A stretch of DNA of 64,000 bases, taken from Octopus vulgaris. Taxonomy: Eukaryota. Made by a program: the position numbers and the translations under genes. The notes under the pieces were generated by a model. It searched no databases, had not been told where the DNA came from, and worked only from the letters and a program-made list of their open reading frames with translations. This document shows, piece by piece, positions 42,255 to 57,335 of this stretch (positions within the stretch are counted from its first letter, which is position 1; each line of letters opens with the position of its first letter). The stretch lies in NCBI GenBank assembly GCA_951406725.2, contig OX597826.1, positions 3,596,001 to 3,660,000 of the forward strand, given 5' to 3'.

Positions 42255-42580
42255 TATTCTATTGTGTCTGGGGAGAGTCATTTTCTTTTTGTGCCTTATT
42301 ATGTAACCACTCACCGGTAAAATTTCCAAGTTTTTCTTATTTTTATTGTCCTAAAATTTTCCTTGCGTCTTGCAACCTTTTCAATAGTTTAAAAGTATTG
42401 AAAATGTTGCAAGACGCAACGAAAGTTTTAGGAAATAAAAATAAGAAAAGAGTGGAAATTTTACCGGTGAGTGTGTTATATTATAAAGACCAAAAAGAAA
42501 ATGACTCTCCCCAGACACAACGGAATATGCTTCAACACACGAACTCATATAAAGAATCTTGCAAACCAAATCCAAAATCG
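42255..42580. repeat. asymmetric imperfect fold-back element
   Basis: Arms 42262-42386 and 42396-42520; the extension 42521-42580 has a separate homologue at 18430-18487. Confidence 0.85.
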
Positions 42581-43326
42581 AAAAATAAAAATTATAATTT
42601 CTGAACTATCTCAGAGATCTGAGGCATGAGTGAAGATGAGTATTCCTAACTGTAGAGATGTGAGATTTCCACGTACAGTTCAAGGCATACAGTCGCAACT
42701 TGCAAAAAGGCATGTGTCGGTGATATATAATGTGCTTCCTGTATTTGTTTTAAATTCCTAAATAGTCGAGAAAAGACATAGGATCTTGCTCAGACCTCTT
42801 AGATGTTAAAGTCGGAATGAAAGAGCTACAATAGTGCTTGGCTGATATCATTATAGCTGAATGAAAATGCAACTCCCAGGTCAAATATTTGAAACAAAAA
42901 CCTCATAATCACAAGACGAACGCAACAATTTCTATTAATACAATTTTACAAAAGTCATACCGTTTCTTTATTTTACAAAAATCTTACCGCTTCTTTATTT
43001 TAAAAATGCAAATATCTAGGCTAGAAATAATGTCGTCTGTGAGCCAAAACAAGTTCCATTACATTATAAAGCATGATACAAATATTGTAAATTAAGTACG
43101 AAGATAAAGAAGATTTAAAACTGTATATTACAATTAGTAAGTACAAGGTATTTTTAAAACCAAATTATCGAAGATCAATTATATAGTTCGCAAAATATTT
43201 CATATACCAGGTATGTAAAATATGTAATTATACCTACATACCTTCACACATATGTAGGTATATATGTGAGTGTGTGTGCTCGCTGTTATACGCATGCGAA
43301 GTATTATGCATGTATATATAAAAATA

Positions 43327-43367
<41 letters not shown>

Positions 43368-43431
43368 ACATATATATGCATACATACATATCATACATAT
43401 GCATGTCATATAAATGTCTACATGTATATGT

Positions 43432-43480
<49 letters not shown>

Positions 43481-43547
43481 AGGCATAGCTATATGCATAT
43501 ATATATATATATATATACATACATACATACATACATACATGCATTAC

Positions 43548-43654
<107 letters not shown>

Positions 43655-43712
43655 CATAGATTGATAGATATAGATATAGATATATACCCACATATACATG
43701 CACTTTTAAGAA

Positions 43713-43753
<41 letters not shown>

Positions 43754-44096
43754 AGAAGCAGAAAAACGAGTCTTGAAATGATATACAGAAATTTTTCAGA
43801 AATTAAACATTGCAAGGTGAGTAATCTACGTGAAAAATCAATTTTTAACCCAAGAATGATGTTGTATTTAATATATTTTCTTTGGCGTTTTGTATTCTCT
43901 ATTTCTTCTATATTGTGTTTTCTGATCATATGTTTTATTTACATTTTTTCATCTATGACTAATGAATGTGTCATCACAAACAGAGAACATGAAAAGGAAG
44001 CAACGTAAAAGTGGAATGACATAGAATACACGTATGTATATCTATGTTAGCATTCACGTTGTTGTGACTGTGAGTATATACATATGCGTGTCTATA

Positions 44097-44163
<67 letters not shown>

Positions 44164-44466
44164 TTTTGTGAGTATATGTATAAAGTTGATATATATTCGT
44201 AAGTACATCTATCTGAATTTTTATAACTATATGTATTAATCTATACAGCTTGTGTAACTTCATCTATGCGCCTAACTATATAACTAGCTATCTATCTTCC
44301 AATACACACACATAAATATACGCACCCGCACATATACGTATAGATATATATACATATACACGCACAAGTAAACACAGAGATAGAAAACAGCGTGGAAAAA
44401 TATAGTTCTTGAATACCAAAGGTATAGTTATATATTATTTTATTATAGCCGAAAAATATAGTTGCA

Positions 44467-44507
44467 AACTGTTACTCAATGTTTCACGTGAACGTTCATC
44501 AGGTTCT
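44467..44507 (-). ncRNA. hammerhead-like core in a decayed hairpin element
   Basis: Minus strand CTGATGA-acgttcacgt-GAAA-cattgaGTA-acagtt; stem I partner not preserved. Confidence 0.45.
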
Positions 44508-44609
44508 TGGGATAATAATATTATCACCAGTGTTTCATGAAGAGTGACTTCAAACTCTGAGCAACCGTTTCTGAAGACTTTTTTCCGATTTAAAATCTAT
44601 TATGTGTGT

Positions 44610-44820
44610 GTGAAGGTGCATTGCCTCGTAGCTAAGCTGTTGCATCACGATTAGTAGATCGTGGGTTCGATTCCAGGCAAGGGAGCTCCCTGTTTTCCAG
44701 AGCAAGTCATTTCATTCACGTTGCTCCAATCTTTGGCCTTCTACACTAAACAGCGGGGCTGCAGAGTTCACATTGTGACCAACGATTTGTATCAATGTCT
44801 AATTGTCTGGTAGATCACAT
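44610..44820 (+). mobile_element. degenerate tRNA-derived SINE (family C/D related)
   Basis: B box GGTTCGATTCC; GAGCAAGTCATTTCATTCACGTTGCTCCA; tail CATTGTGACC...GATCACAT like 52915-52965. Confidence 0.6.
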
Positions 44821-44920
44821 AATTATATGCATATGCATATATATGCGTACATATACGTATGAATGAATGTATCTACATGCATACACATATACACACACAC
44901 ACAGATACACACACACATAT

Positions 44921-44966
<46 letters not shown>

Positions 44967-45043
44967 ATATTGATAAAGCGGTAAGATTACAAAAGAAAGA
45001 AAGATACCTCGATATTATGTAAAAATATATATGTATATGTAAA

Positions 45044-45123
<80 letters not shown>

Positions 45124-45279
45124 TTGGTATGGTTTTACTTTCGAATTTGCAAATAGTTCACGGCGATCTGCGCAGTTAGCATTCTACTTAAGATATTGCA
45201 AGTAGTGAAATATTGAGCGAAAAGAGAAAAAAAAACCCAGCAAAACAAAATAGAAAAATCAGGGGTAAGTAAGCGGTTT

Positions 45280-45535
45280 CCGAGGTACAAGTCCAGGCAA
45301 GATTGTTTATGGAGGACCAGCATTCGCCCATGAATATACCGTCCTTCCCTCTCCACGCTACCTGTGTTATCCTAGGGAAAGGCAAAGGCCGATACAGCTT
45401 GCCACCTGTGACGTCGCAACTCATTTCTACAGCTGAGTGAAATAGAGCAACGTGAAATAAAATGTCTTGCTCAAGAACACAAGTAGCACTGTCCGGGATT
45501 CGACGCTCTAACCACTGAGCCATACGCATTCACAT
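45280..45535 (-). mobile_element. tRNA-derived SINE family C
   Basis: Minus strand TGGCTCAGTGGTTAGAGCG..TCGAATCCC, TGTGTTCTTGAGCAAGACA (CORE-like), CACTCAGCTGTAGAAATGAGT. Confidence 0.75.
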
Positions 45536-45659
45536 TTATAATTGCGAGAGAACTATAACAGCTTGTAAGAATTTCATTTGTCAACATGAAAATTCAACTA
45601 TCACGACAAATTATTTGGTATATTAAAGACATGCAGATAATCTATATTTTTACATCTAA

Positions 45660-46026
45660 TCTCTATATATATAAACGGCATATATATAAACGGCATATAT
45701 ATAAATGTCTGCGTGTGTGTCCTTCATACAAATCCACATTTTTTCAGTTAGGGGGCTCGCACTTTCTATGGTCATTCAAAACCGTCCAAGGGTGGTCGTG
45801 CACATCTTTACATTTCCCCAGTCACCACGCAAAGCCATTAAAAAATCAATAGTAGTGACTTTTTTGTGAATTTTCGATCCAAAACCGAATCAAAATGCTC
45901 GAAACTGGATACGACAATTGAATGCCAGCTGACTGTATGTGATTGGTCGGAGATTTGGACAGTACTCGCGTGTATATGCCCATGCACGCAGCTGTATATG
46001 CATGTACTAGCACTATGACCCGGCAA
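45660..46026 (+). mobile_element. non-autonomous Helitron lacking the distal arm of its 3' hairpin
   Basis: A|TCTCTATATATATAAACGGCA start; ends CTAGCACTATGACCCGGCAA, the inverted counterpart of a Helitron CCGGG...GCTAG terminus. Confidence 0.65.
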
Positions 46027-46059
46027 GTAATATATAAATTATTTTAATGCCTTCATTGA

Positions 46060-46700
46060 TGCCAACTGCAAAAACTCTTTGAAAATACAATCAGGATTCA
46101 AGCTAGGTCTTCAGGTGAAAGAAAGTCTTTGCTAAGGACTACCGGATACTATGAATCCATATATTGTGACTTGATATATATATATACACCACCACATCAT
46201 CCAAACATGCACTTGTCTATGGTTAATGATATATGCGTATGCATCCATAAACAAGGTAGTTGATTTTTCTAAGAACCCACTTGCTTGCTAGAAACTCATC
46301 AAGGTAGACACGCTACAATGATATTTTGGCAGTTAGCCTGTTTCCAAGCAATGAAGCCCTATTTCTTCAAAGGCGTGTTGGATTCTTGGCATTTCACATG
46401 GTCGCAGGTATTTCAAGTAATTGAAACAAGACACACTATCATCAAAAAGGAATGGTCCAATTAATGTTTGATGATAATGCACCAGTTTGATGCTAATGCA
46501 CCGGTGCCATCATAAGACCGTGAATGCAAATGGGGCGGCTGCGTTGAGGAAACTATTATTTTCCAGCCATAATCTAGATTCAACTTTTTGTCGTTTTTAG
46601 TAGCACCTTCAATATCCACATTGTTTGGCGTATAGCCACGTAACGCTGAGTGAATCCAACGATTTTACAAAATTTATACAGTTATTGATTTCTATGACGT
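46060..46700 (-). pseudogene. decayed DD41D/rosa-like mariner transposase
   Basis: ALSSN.LIGPFLFDDSV...NYLKYL...MPRIQ...YHC...YLDEFLASKWV. Confidence 0.6.
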
Positions 46701-47008
46701 GGTTCACTCAGCAAAAATAAACGAACACCACCGAATAACCTATATGTTTCTAGAGAAACTTGACGATAAATTAGGGAGGATGAGAAACCAGGCTTTTTTT
46801 TTCTCACATCACTTTTTTGCTTCGGGATTTCCTCATGTTTTCTTGTCGAGCCTGGTTTTTAAATATAACGTCTTAACTGAACTTCAAAGATTGCTTGGAG
46901 ATGCATGGTGACATATATAAAACTAACAGTTTACTGTATCTTAAAGCAATGAGTCTATGAGTAGCTCCCTTGTAATGGTTCATATTACATGTCGTATATA
47001 TATATAAC

Positions 47009-47040
<32 letters not shown>

Positions 47041-47224
47041 CGTGCGTGTGTATAGATAAATATGTATGTATGCATATGTAAGTGTCACTCTCTCTATATA
47101 TATAAATGTATATATGTATATATATATATAGAGAGAGAGAGGAAGAGAGAGAGGAGGAAGACTGTGCTGGGAAAAGAGATACAGGGAAAGAGAGTGGAAA
47201 AGAGAGACGGAGAGAGATGCAGGG

Positions 47225-47290
<66 letters not shown>

Positions 47291-47505
47291 AACGAATGAA
47301 TCCATCATGGATTATATTTCCGCTTGGGAATAAAAAGTGATAAGATCTTTTCGATTACGTTACACATGTGCGAAACTTAGTGCGAAAATATATTGTTAAA
47401 AGTGTAATTCTAGTATTATACCTACAGCTGGAGTCTGTTACATTATAAAGCACATGCAGATAAACACGGACATATATACGTACATATCTATGTGCATAAT
47501 ATATA

Positions 47506-47545
<40 letters not shown>

Positions 47546-47555
47546 CACTTAAATA

Positions 47556-47598
<43 letters not shown>

Positions 47599-47636
47599 AC
47601 ACACACACATATATATATACTGTATATATATATATA

Positions 47637-47870
47637 TATTTCTTTACTACCCACAAGGGGCTAAACATAGAGGGGACAAACAAAGACAGACAAACAAAGG
47701 GATTAAGTCGATTACATCGACCCCAGTGGGTAACTGTACTTAATTTATCGATCCCGAAAGAATGAAAGGCAAAGTCGACCTCGGCGGAATTTGAACTCAC
47801 AACGTAACGACAGACGAAATACCGCTAAGCATTTCGCCCGGCGCGCTAACGTTTCTGCCAGCCTGCCGCC
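47637..47870 (-). mobile_element. SINE family B, long-tail type
   Basis: Reverse complement of 13570-13800. Confidence 0.9.
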
Positions 47871-48061
<191 letters not shown>

Positions 48062-48103
48062 TATCTCTCTCTCCCTCCCACTAACTATCCATCCATCAAT
48101 CCA

Positions 48104-48173
<70 letters not shown>

Positions 48174-48216
48174 CGTAACAACCGCGATAGTCAATTGATT
48201 ACAGTATATATATATA

Positions 48217-48450
48217 CTGTAATCAATTGACTATCGCGGTTGTTACGTTCAAAAACCTCCCACACAAATAATGAAAATCTGAAAATTTAAAAATAGTTAT
48301 CAGCCCAGAAATTCGGATATATGGAGGTTTCCGCGATTTAAACTTACATATATTGGCCAGAATAATCCGCGATGAACTGAGTGCGCGATAAATAAACTAC
48401 TATCTACTGGGAGCGCAATAGGTGAACCGCGATATGACGACGGATTACTA
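48217..48450. mobile_element. pogo/Tigger-like MITE
   Basis: Degenerate TIRs CTGTAATCAATTGACTATCGCGGTT / AACCGCGATATGACGACGGATTACT; TA flanks. Confidence 0.65.
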
Positions 48451-48998
48451 TATATATATATGAAATGCATGACAGAGAACTCCTTAGCTTAATCATGATA
48501 TGATACTCAAACCGTAGGTAACATGCACTATTGAATGCACGTATGGAAGTATGTTAGGTAAAATTAAAATATACATACATATACATAAACGTGTGTTTGT
48601 GTGTATATGTGCGTGTGTATGTGTTTGTATGTATATATATAAATATATATATATGCACACACATACACACACATATATATATGGAATCGTAACCATGTAT
48701 GTATTCAAACAGAATAGAAATATTTTTGGAATTTCCTTATTAAATTATGGGTAGAACTATTTAGGTTTGCATTCTTCTATTTACATTAAGATGCTATGTT
48801 TTCATTCCTTCACATGCCTGCAATTTCATACATATATCTTTGACAATTCTCTAAACTTTTTTCGCGTTAGAATTAATATTTCTTCCAAGTATTATCTGGT
48901 TTACATATCAAACTCTTTGCTCTGATATGACGAATGCAAAGTGTCTCTCTCTATATATATATATATATACAAACACACACATACATATATATATATGC

Positions 48999-49037
<39 letters not shown>

Positions 49038-49042
49038 TATAA

Positions 49043-49083
<41 letters not shown>

Positions 49084-49389
49084 TGTGTGCTCACATATAA
49101 ATTGTGGTACAAACATTGAATTAAAAGTAACACTCACAATATGATAAACGGATTTCTGAAATTACTCGCGATGCAATACTGAATACTACTACCCAAATCT
49201 GAAGAGGTTTTGTTATTCGTAGAGTGATACATTTTCGAGAATCAGGCTCATATTTAGTAAGGACGAAATTTTCAATACACACTCGCACACATACATAGCA
49301 CGCACGTACGGATGCACATCACACACACGTACACACACACAGATATATATGTACATATGTGAAAGCATGTGCTGTATATATATGTGGTA

Positions 49390-49602
49390 TAAACGTTAGC
49401 ACCCCGGGCGAAATGCGTACCTGTATTTCGTCTGCCGTTACGTTCTGGGGTCAAATTCTGCCGTGGTCAACTTTGCCTTTCATCCTTTTGGGGTCGATAA
49501 ATTAATTACCAGTTACGCACTGGGGTCAATGTAATCGACTTAATCCGTTTGTCTGTCCTTGTTTGTCCCCTCTGTGTTTAGGTCCTTGTGGATAGTAAAG
49601 AA

Positions 49603-49604
<2 letters not shown>
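49390..49604 (+). mobile_element. SINE family B, long-tail type
   Basis: Match to family B. Confidence 0.9.
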
Positions 49605-49636
<32 letters not shown>

Positions 49637-49637
49637 A

Positions 49638-50460
49638 CAGGGTGCAAGGGGTAAATTGGCACAATTTTATATATTTAATTTCGTACATGCGCATTGCTTG
49701 ATGTCCATGATTTTGTCGACTGCACAATAGAGTTGAGTCCGTTGAGCTCCGGCTGTTAAAAAAAACAGCACGACGACGCTATCCACTCTTCAGTAAAATT
49801 GGAAAACATGGTGAACACACAGAACAACGGTTAACTGTCTCCCGAGGGTGATAAGACATGTACCGAGAGCGATAAAAATCAGACACCCGCTCAGCATAAT
49901 GGTGTTTGGAGTAATCACTAGTCGTCGCGCCGTTAAGCCTCCATTCATTTTCCCACACGGCCACAGACTCAACACGAAAGCCTACATCAAGTGCTTGGAG
50001 GAGGTAGAGCTGCCCTGGGCCTAGAGGGTGGCTGTTAGAAAACCCTCTCTGACAACAAAACTCTGCACAATGCCACAGAAGCAGGAGAACCCAGTCATTG
50101 CGTCATACAATTTCTGCGATCACATCACCCCTAAAATCTGGCCTCATAACTCCCCAGACTACAACCCCTTGATTATCATGTGTAGAGCGAAGTTGAGCGA
50201 GACACCATCAAAACTCCATGTCACACCGAAGATGAACTGAAAGCAATTATTTTGGCAGCATTCACTAACTTAAGGAAGAAGATCGTACAGAAAAGTTGCC
50301 GGAGATTCCGTAGGCCTCTAGAGGCCGTGGTTGAAGCCAATGGCGATTTTAGTGATTGAATTTACTCTTTATTTCAAGATATGTTTTCTGTAATTTTGGT
50401 AAATATTAAAATGAGATGTCAGCGTTGTATTTATTTTGATGGATATAGTAACCAATTTTT
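49638..50460 (+). mobile_element. defective maT (DD37D) Tc1/mariner transposon
   Basis: TA|CAGGGTG start; broken ORF HPLSIMVFGVITS...PPFIFPHG.RLN..AYIKCLEEV...QQNSA.CH...IWPHNSPDYNPLDY...LEAVVEANGDF; reconstructed spacing of 37 residues. Confidence 0.8.
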
Positions 50461-50613
50461 TCAGGTCGATTCGATTAGTATTTAACGTCTATGAGGACCA
50501 GGAATTGAACTGGTCGTCATAAACGCCGAGCAAAAGTCATGAGTACATATAAGTACCCCTGGCATAGAAATAATTTTCTTTTGCACTTGTTTATAAGTTA
50601 TTCATAAATATAC

Positions 50614-52506
<1,893 letters not shown>

Positions 52507-52515
52507 TATATATAT

Positions 52516-52648
<133 letters not shown>

Positions 52649-52670
52649 ATATATATGTGTGTGTGTGTGT

Positions 52671-52967
52671 GGAGGCGCAATGGCCTAGTGGTTAGGGCAG
52701 CGGACTCGCGGTCGTAGGATCGCGGTTTCGAATCCCAGACCGGGCGTTGTGAGTGTTTATTGAGCGAAAACACCTTAAAGCTCCACGAGGCTCCGGCAGG
52801 GGGTGGTGATCCCTGCTGTACTCTTTTACCACTCTTTCTACCACTCTTTCTTTTGTTGGCCTTCTCGCTTAGCCAGCGGGGTGGCGTCATTCGAAGGCTA
52901 AAACAATGCGAGCGCATTGTCACTAGCGATGTGTAACTACATCCGATGGACTGGTCGGTCACATGAT

Positions 52968-52975
<8 letters not shown>
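52671..52975 (+). mobile_element. tRNA-derived SINE family D, well preserved
   Basis: A box TGGCCTAGTGG, B-box-like GGTTTCGAATCCC, tRNA-like head; flanked by (TG)n and (TA)n. Confidence 0.8.
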
Positions 52976-53013
<38 letters not shown>

Positions 53014-53064
53014 ATATATATATATATATACATATATACACACATATATATATACACATACATA

Positions 53065-53095
<31 letters not shown>

Positions 53096-53693
53096 GCATA
53101 TATACATATATATCTACATATATATACACATATATATACATATATATGCATATATATACATATAAATATTTGAATATCATTTTCATAATGTTGGGCAGTT
53201 CATCTGCTCAAAATTTAAAAATAGCTTTAAATATTTTATACAGTACAAAAATTACAGAGGGCTGTTTCTTTCATGTTGTCTATAACATGTTTATGTCTAA
53301 TTATACGGCGGAAATGTTCACAAGATGACAGAAGATATAAATTAGATATGAAGAATAGAGGAATATATATATAGTTCAAATAATTACACAAAAAATAAAA
53401 TTTGTCAAGTTACAACATATTACCACTTGTATATTATGTCTATAGCATACACACGAACAACGATTACCCGCCACAGAAACATACAACTGGTGTATACATG
53501 CATACATGCAAATATATATATGTATATGTATATATGTATGTATATATATATACGTATATATATATGTATATATGTATATATATATGTATATATGTATATA
53601 TATATATGTATATGTATATATATATATATGTATATATATATATGTATGTATATATATATCTGTATATATATATATATACATATATATACATAC

Positions 53694-53738
<45 letters not shown>

Positions 53739-53745
53739 TATATAC

Positions 53746-53777
<32 letters not shown>

Positions 53778-53855
53778 TAATATGACACGCATACTGCATG
53801 TGTGTACGTATGTATTTATGTTTAGACGTGTGTATTAGTGTAGACACACACGCAT

Positions 53856-53919
<64 letters not shown>

Positions 53920-54273
53920 TACTTTATGTCGACAGAACCTAGAAAGTTTGACAAACGAGTAATACTTCGTTTGTCACGTCGAATTCGAAGTAGATATATC
54001 TAGAAATATCAGTGTAAAATCTTTAGAGCCAAATATCAAAAACCGCCTGACGTTTCAGTACTAGAACGTTTCTCATTTTGAGCGAAGTTGTTTGCTCATG
54101 TTCTATGGAATGATGATGTGAATTTCTCAATTTAAAGTTTTTTTGCTTACTCAATATTTACAGTCTCACCTACTTCGACCTCGACCATCAAAAATAATGC
54201 ATCCAATGCATCCATACATATCCATACTAACATGCATACAGAGATACATACATAATTATCTACACACACAAAC

Positions 54274-54305
<32 letters not shown>

Positions 54306-54430
54306 CTATGTATGCGTTGCTGCGTTGTAAGAAGATACCTTCGCAACTACATGGTTCCGCGTTTAGTTCCTTGGGCAAGTGTACACACACACACACACAC
54401 AAACACATAATCTTCTGATTACCTCATTTC

Positions 54431-54478
<48 letters not shown>

Positions 54479-54503
54479 TAGATAGATAGATAGATAGATA
54501 GAT

Positions 54504-54567
<64 letters not shown>

Positions 54568-54757
54568 TCGATATTGACAGCTCTAATTCATAGGAAAAGT
54601 TTAGCCAATTACAAACATCGACAGAGAATTCCTCTGCAAATGATTAGAAGTATCTCATATTACAAACTGTTGTTCCGCCTTAAATAATTTAAATTTCAGG
54701 GCAAATTCGTATTAAATATATTTTGAATATCAAAATACCGTTTTTTGTTCTTCTTTC

Positions 54758-55410
54758 AAACGGGGCGCCATACAAAATGTTTAGAGGCATACAGTCCGTC
54801 TTTACCTTCTGGGTCCAAATTCCGTCGTGGGCGACTTTGCCATTTACCATTTGCCATATAAAAAAAAAGTACTAGTTGCGTACTGGATTCCATGTAATCA
54901 ACGTAACTCCTCTCCCGAAATTCTTGGCGTTCTGCCAAAATATAAAATCAATATTATAGCAATTTTGAGGAAAGATTAATTTAAATCAATATTAAGATTC
55001 TTTCCTTTCTTCTCCTTCACGTTATTCTCCATTTAGAACTGCTTTAAGCTTCACAATAGCATTCCTTCTTCTCACACGTTTCCGAAATTTATTTGAATCT
55101 AAACGTTTGTAAATTTGGCATCGTAAACACACTTTCCATCTACATGTTTCACTTGACTCTTTAATGACATTTGATGGGAACTACGGTTCCTAATATGTGC
55201 AAGCAGGCATAACCGTTTTCACCCCGGGTGTAATGCTTAGAGGCATTTCGTCCATCCTTACGTTCTTACGTTCCGAATTCAGATTCCGCCGAGGTAGTCA
55301 TTCTTTTGCATCCTTTCGGGTCCGATAAAGTAAGTACCAGTTTAATACTGGAGCCATGTAATCTATTTACCCATACCCGGAATTTGCTGGTCATATGCGA
55401 AAATTTGAAA
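54758..55410 (+). mobile_element. two degenerate short-tail family B SINEs (54758-54955, 55222-55410)
   Basis: AAATTCCG..G.GG cores and CATCCTTTCGGG.CCGATAAA. Confidence 0.65.
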
Positions 55411-55479
55411 CAGGTTCTAGGTATTCTTGCGTACGTTCCGATAATGACTTCAGTGCCTGGCCAATATGTTCCTTTTCTC

Positions 55480-55700
55480 TCTTATTCTGTTTCTTGTTTC
55501 ACTCACTTGGACTGTGACCGTGCTGGAACACCGTCTTTTAGTTGAAGAAATCGACCCCTGGACTTATTCGTTGTAAGCTTGGGAATTATTCTAACGGTGT
55601 CTTTTGCTGAACTGTTAAGTTACGGAGAAGTAAGCACACTAAGATCTGTTGTCAAGTGATGGTGGAGGGACAAACGCAAACACACAAATACAGACACACA
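55480..55700 (-). mobile_element. degenerate SINE family A 3' half
   Basis: CTTGTTTCA...GACTGTGACCGTGCTGGAACACCG. Confidence 0.7.
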
Positions 55701-55722
55701 CACACACACACACAAACATATA

Positions 55723-55776
<54 letters not shown>

Positions 55777-55777
<1 letters not shown>

Positions 55778-56000
55778 GTAATATGATGTCAATTATTCGG
55801 TTGCCACAAAAAGATTCTGAGTAAGTTTCGGATATCGGGGCGGAAAACTGCTCCGGCAGTTTTCCACCCCAGCATCCGAAACTCGGAGTCTTATTATGGC
55901 TACCGAATAATTACATATTACATATAAATTACATATAAATTTCACTATTTGCATAATATCGAGGTTATTCATTCTTTTGTTGTTTTACAATTAATATTAA
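55777..56000 (+). mobile_element. asymmetric fold-back element family H3 (older copy)
   Basis: Imperfect arms 55777-55851 / 55856-55922 with extension to ~56000; catcc-GAAA-ctcggaGTC-ttat; homologous to 56289-56600. Confidence 0.8.
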
Positions 56001-56288
56001 TATATATGTATATATATATACTTATATATATATATACATTTATATACATATACATACATATATATACATATATTTATACAAATATACGCATATATATAGA
56101 TACATAGATATACATACATATACATATATATCTATTTGTATATATAAACATATATATGTATACATATATATATACATATATATATATATACGTATATATA
56201 TATACATATGTATATATACTCATATGTATATGCATACATATATAGACATATATATGTACATATGTATAAATATATATATATATATATA

Positions 56289-56592
56289 TTGATAAAACGG
56301 TAAGATAACAAAAGAAAGAAAGAGACCTCAATATTATGTAAATAGAGAAATTTATCTATACAATATGTTACATTACTCGGTAGTCAAGATAAAACTCTGA
56401 GTTTCAGATGCCGAAGTGAAATCCACAACACCATCTCTTCGGTTATCTGGCTATTTGAAAACGTTATGAAAAAACCGTAACGGTTTTTTCATAACGTTTT
56501 CAAATAGCCAGATAACCGAAGGATGGTGTTGTGGATTTCACTTCGGCATCTGAAACTCAGAGTTTTATCTTGACTACCGAGTAATGTAACAT

Positions 56593-56600
<8 letters not shown>
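56289..56600 (-). mobile_element. asymmetric fold-back element family H3 with hammerhead-like motif in both arms
   Basis: Arms 56357-56477 / 56481-56600 differ by one indel; 3-nt loop; extension 56289-56356 also present alone at 44970-45022. Confidence 0.9.
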
Positions 56601-56634
<34 letters not shown>

Positions 56635-56671
56635 GACATACATATACATACATAAGCTTACATATAAACAT

Positions 56672-57335
56672 ATGGTGGTGGTTGTCTACTCATTATGCAG
56701 AAGTTGGCCACCTCCTGTACCTATACTTTAGAACCATCATGACATCTGATGTAGCTTTCTAAACCAAACAATGTTTTAAAAGACACCCACATAGATAGCA
56801 CATCCTTTTTTGACCACCAGGAGATTCAGATAAGTTCTGATGTTTAATATCTTCTGTGGCCTCCGTTAAATTTGCAAACCTTCTTGCATACACTTTGTTC
56901 AAAGGTGTGCACAGATATATAGACAGAATTTTTGGTGGAGATTCCTTTTTCCATAGGTTTGCAAATGTGATTTGAGTCCATCAAAAGACAGGCAAGGTTT
57001 ATCACAAACTGTTCACACAAAAAGTCAATGTCATTCACCTACTCGATCGTTACATTCTTCCTTTGAGTCTTACATACATTATCCTGGCCCCTTCAAATAC
57101 TTTCACTCTTCTCCACACTTTTGTTCGCCATCCAACTCGGTCCGCATCAAGGGTTTCTGGATCCATTCCAAGTTACTTCATAGTAGTCCTTATGCCGCCC
57201 TTAAAACTTTTTGGAGGCTTCCGCCGATAGAGTATCCCCTCTGTAAGGTCAGCATAAAGCAGCTGTTTTGGCATGCGTTCATCCGCCATTTGAACAATTT
57301 GGCCTCACCATCACATTTGGTTCCTCAGTATTATA
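56672..57335 (-). mobile_element. decayed RTE(BovB-like) LINE 3' end with three C2H2 zinc-finger remnants
   Basis: GQIVQMADERMPKQLLYADLTEG...DRVGWRTKV; then CEQ-CDKPCLSFDGLKSHLQT, VCKKVCKFNGG, CYLCGCL-KTLFGLESYIRCH. Confidence 0.8.

Noticed and set aside
52671-52745. Possible tRNA gene
   Set aside because: No proper acceptor stem; continues into a SINE body
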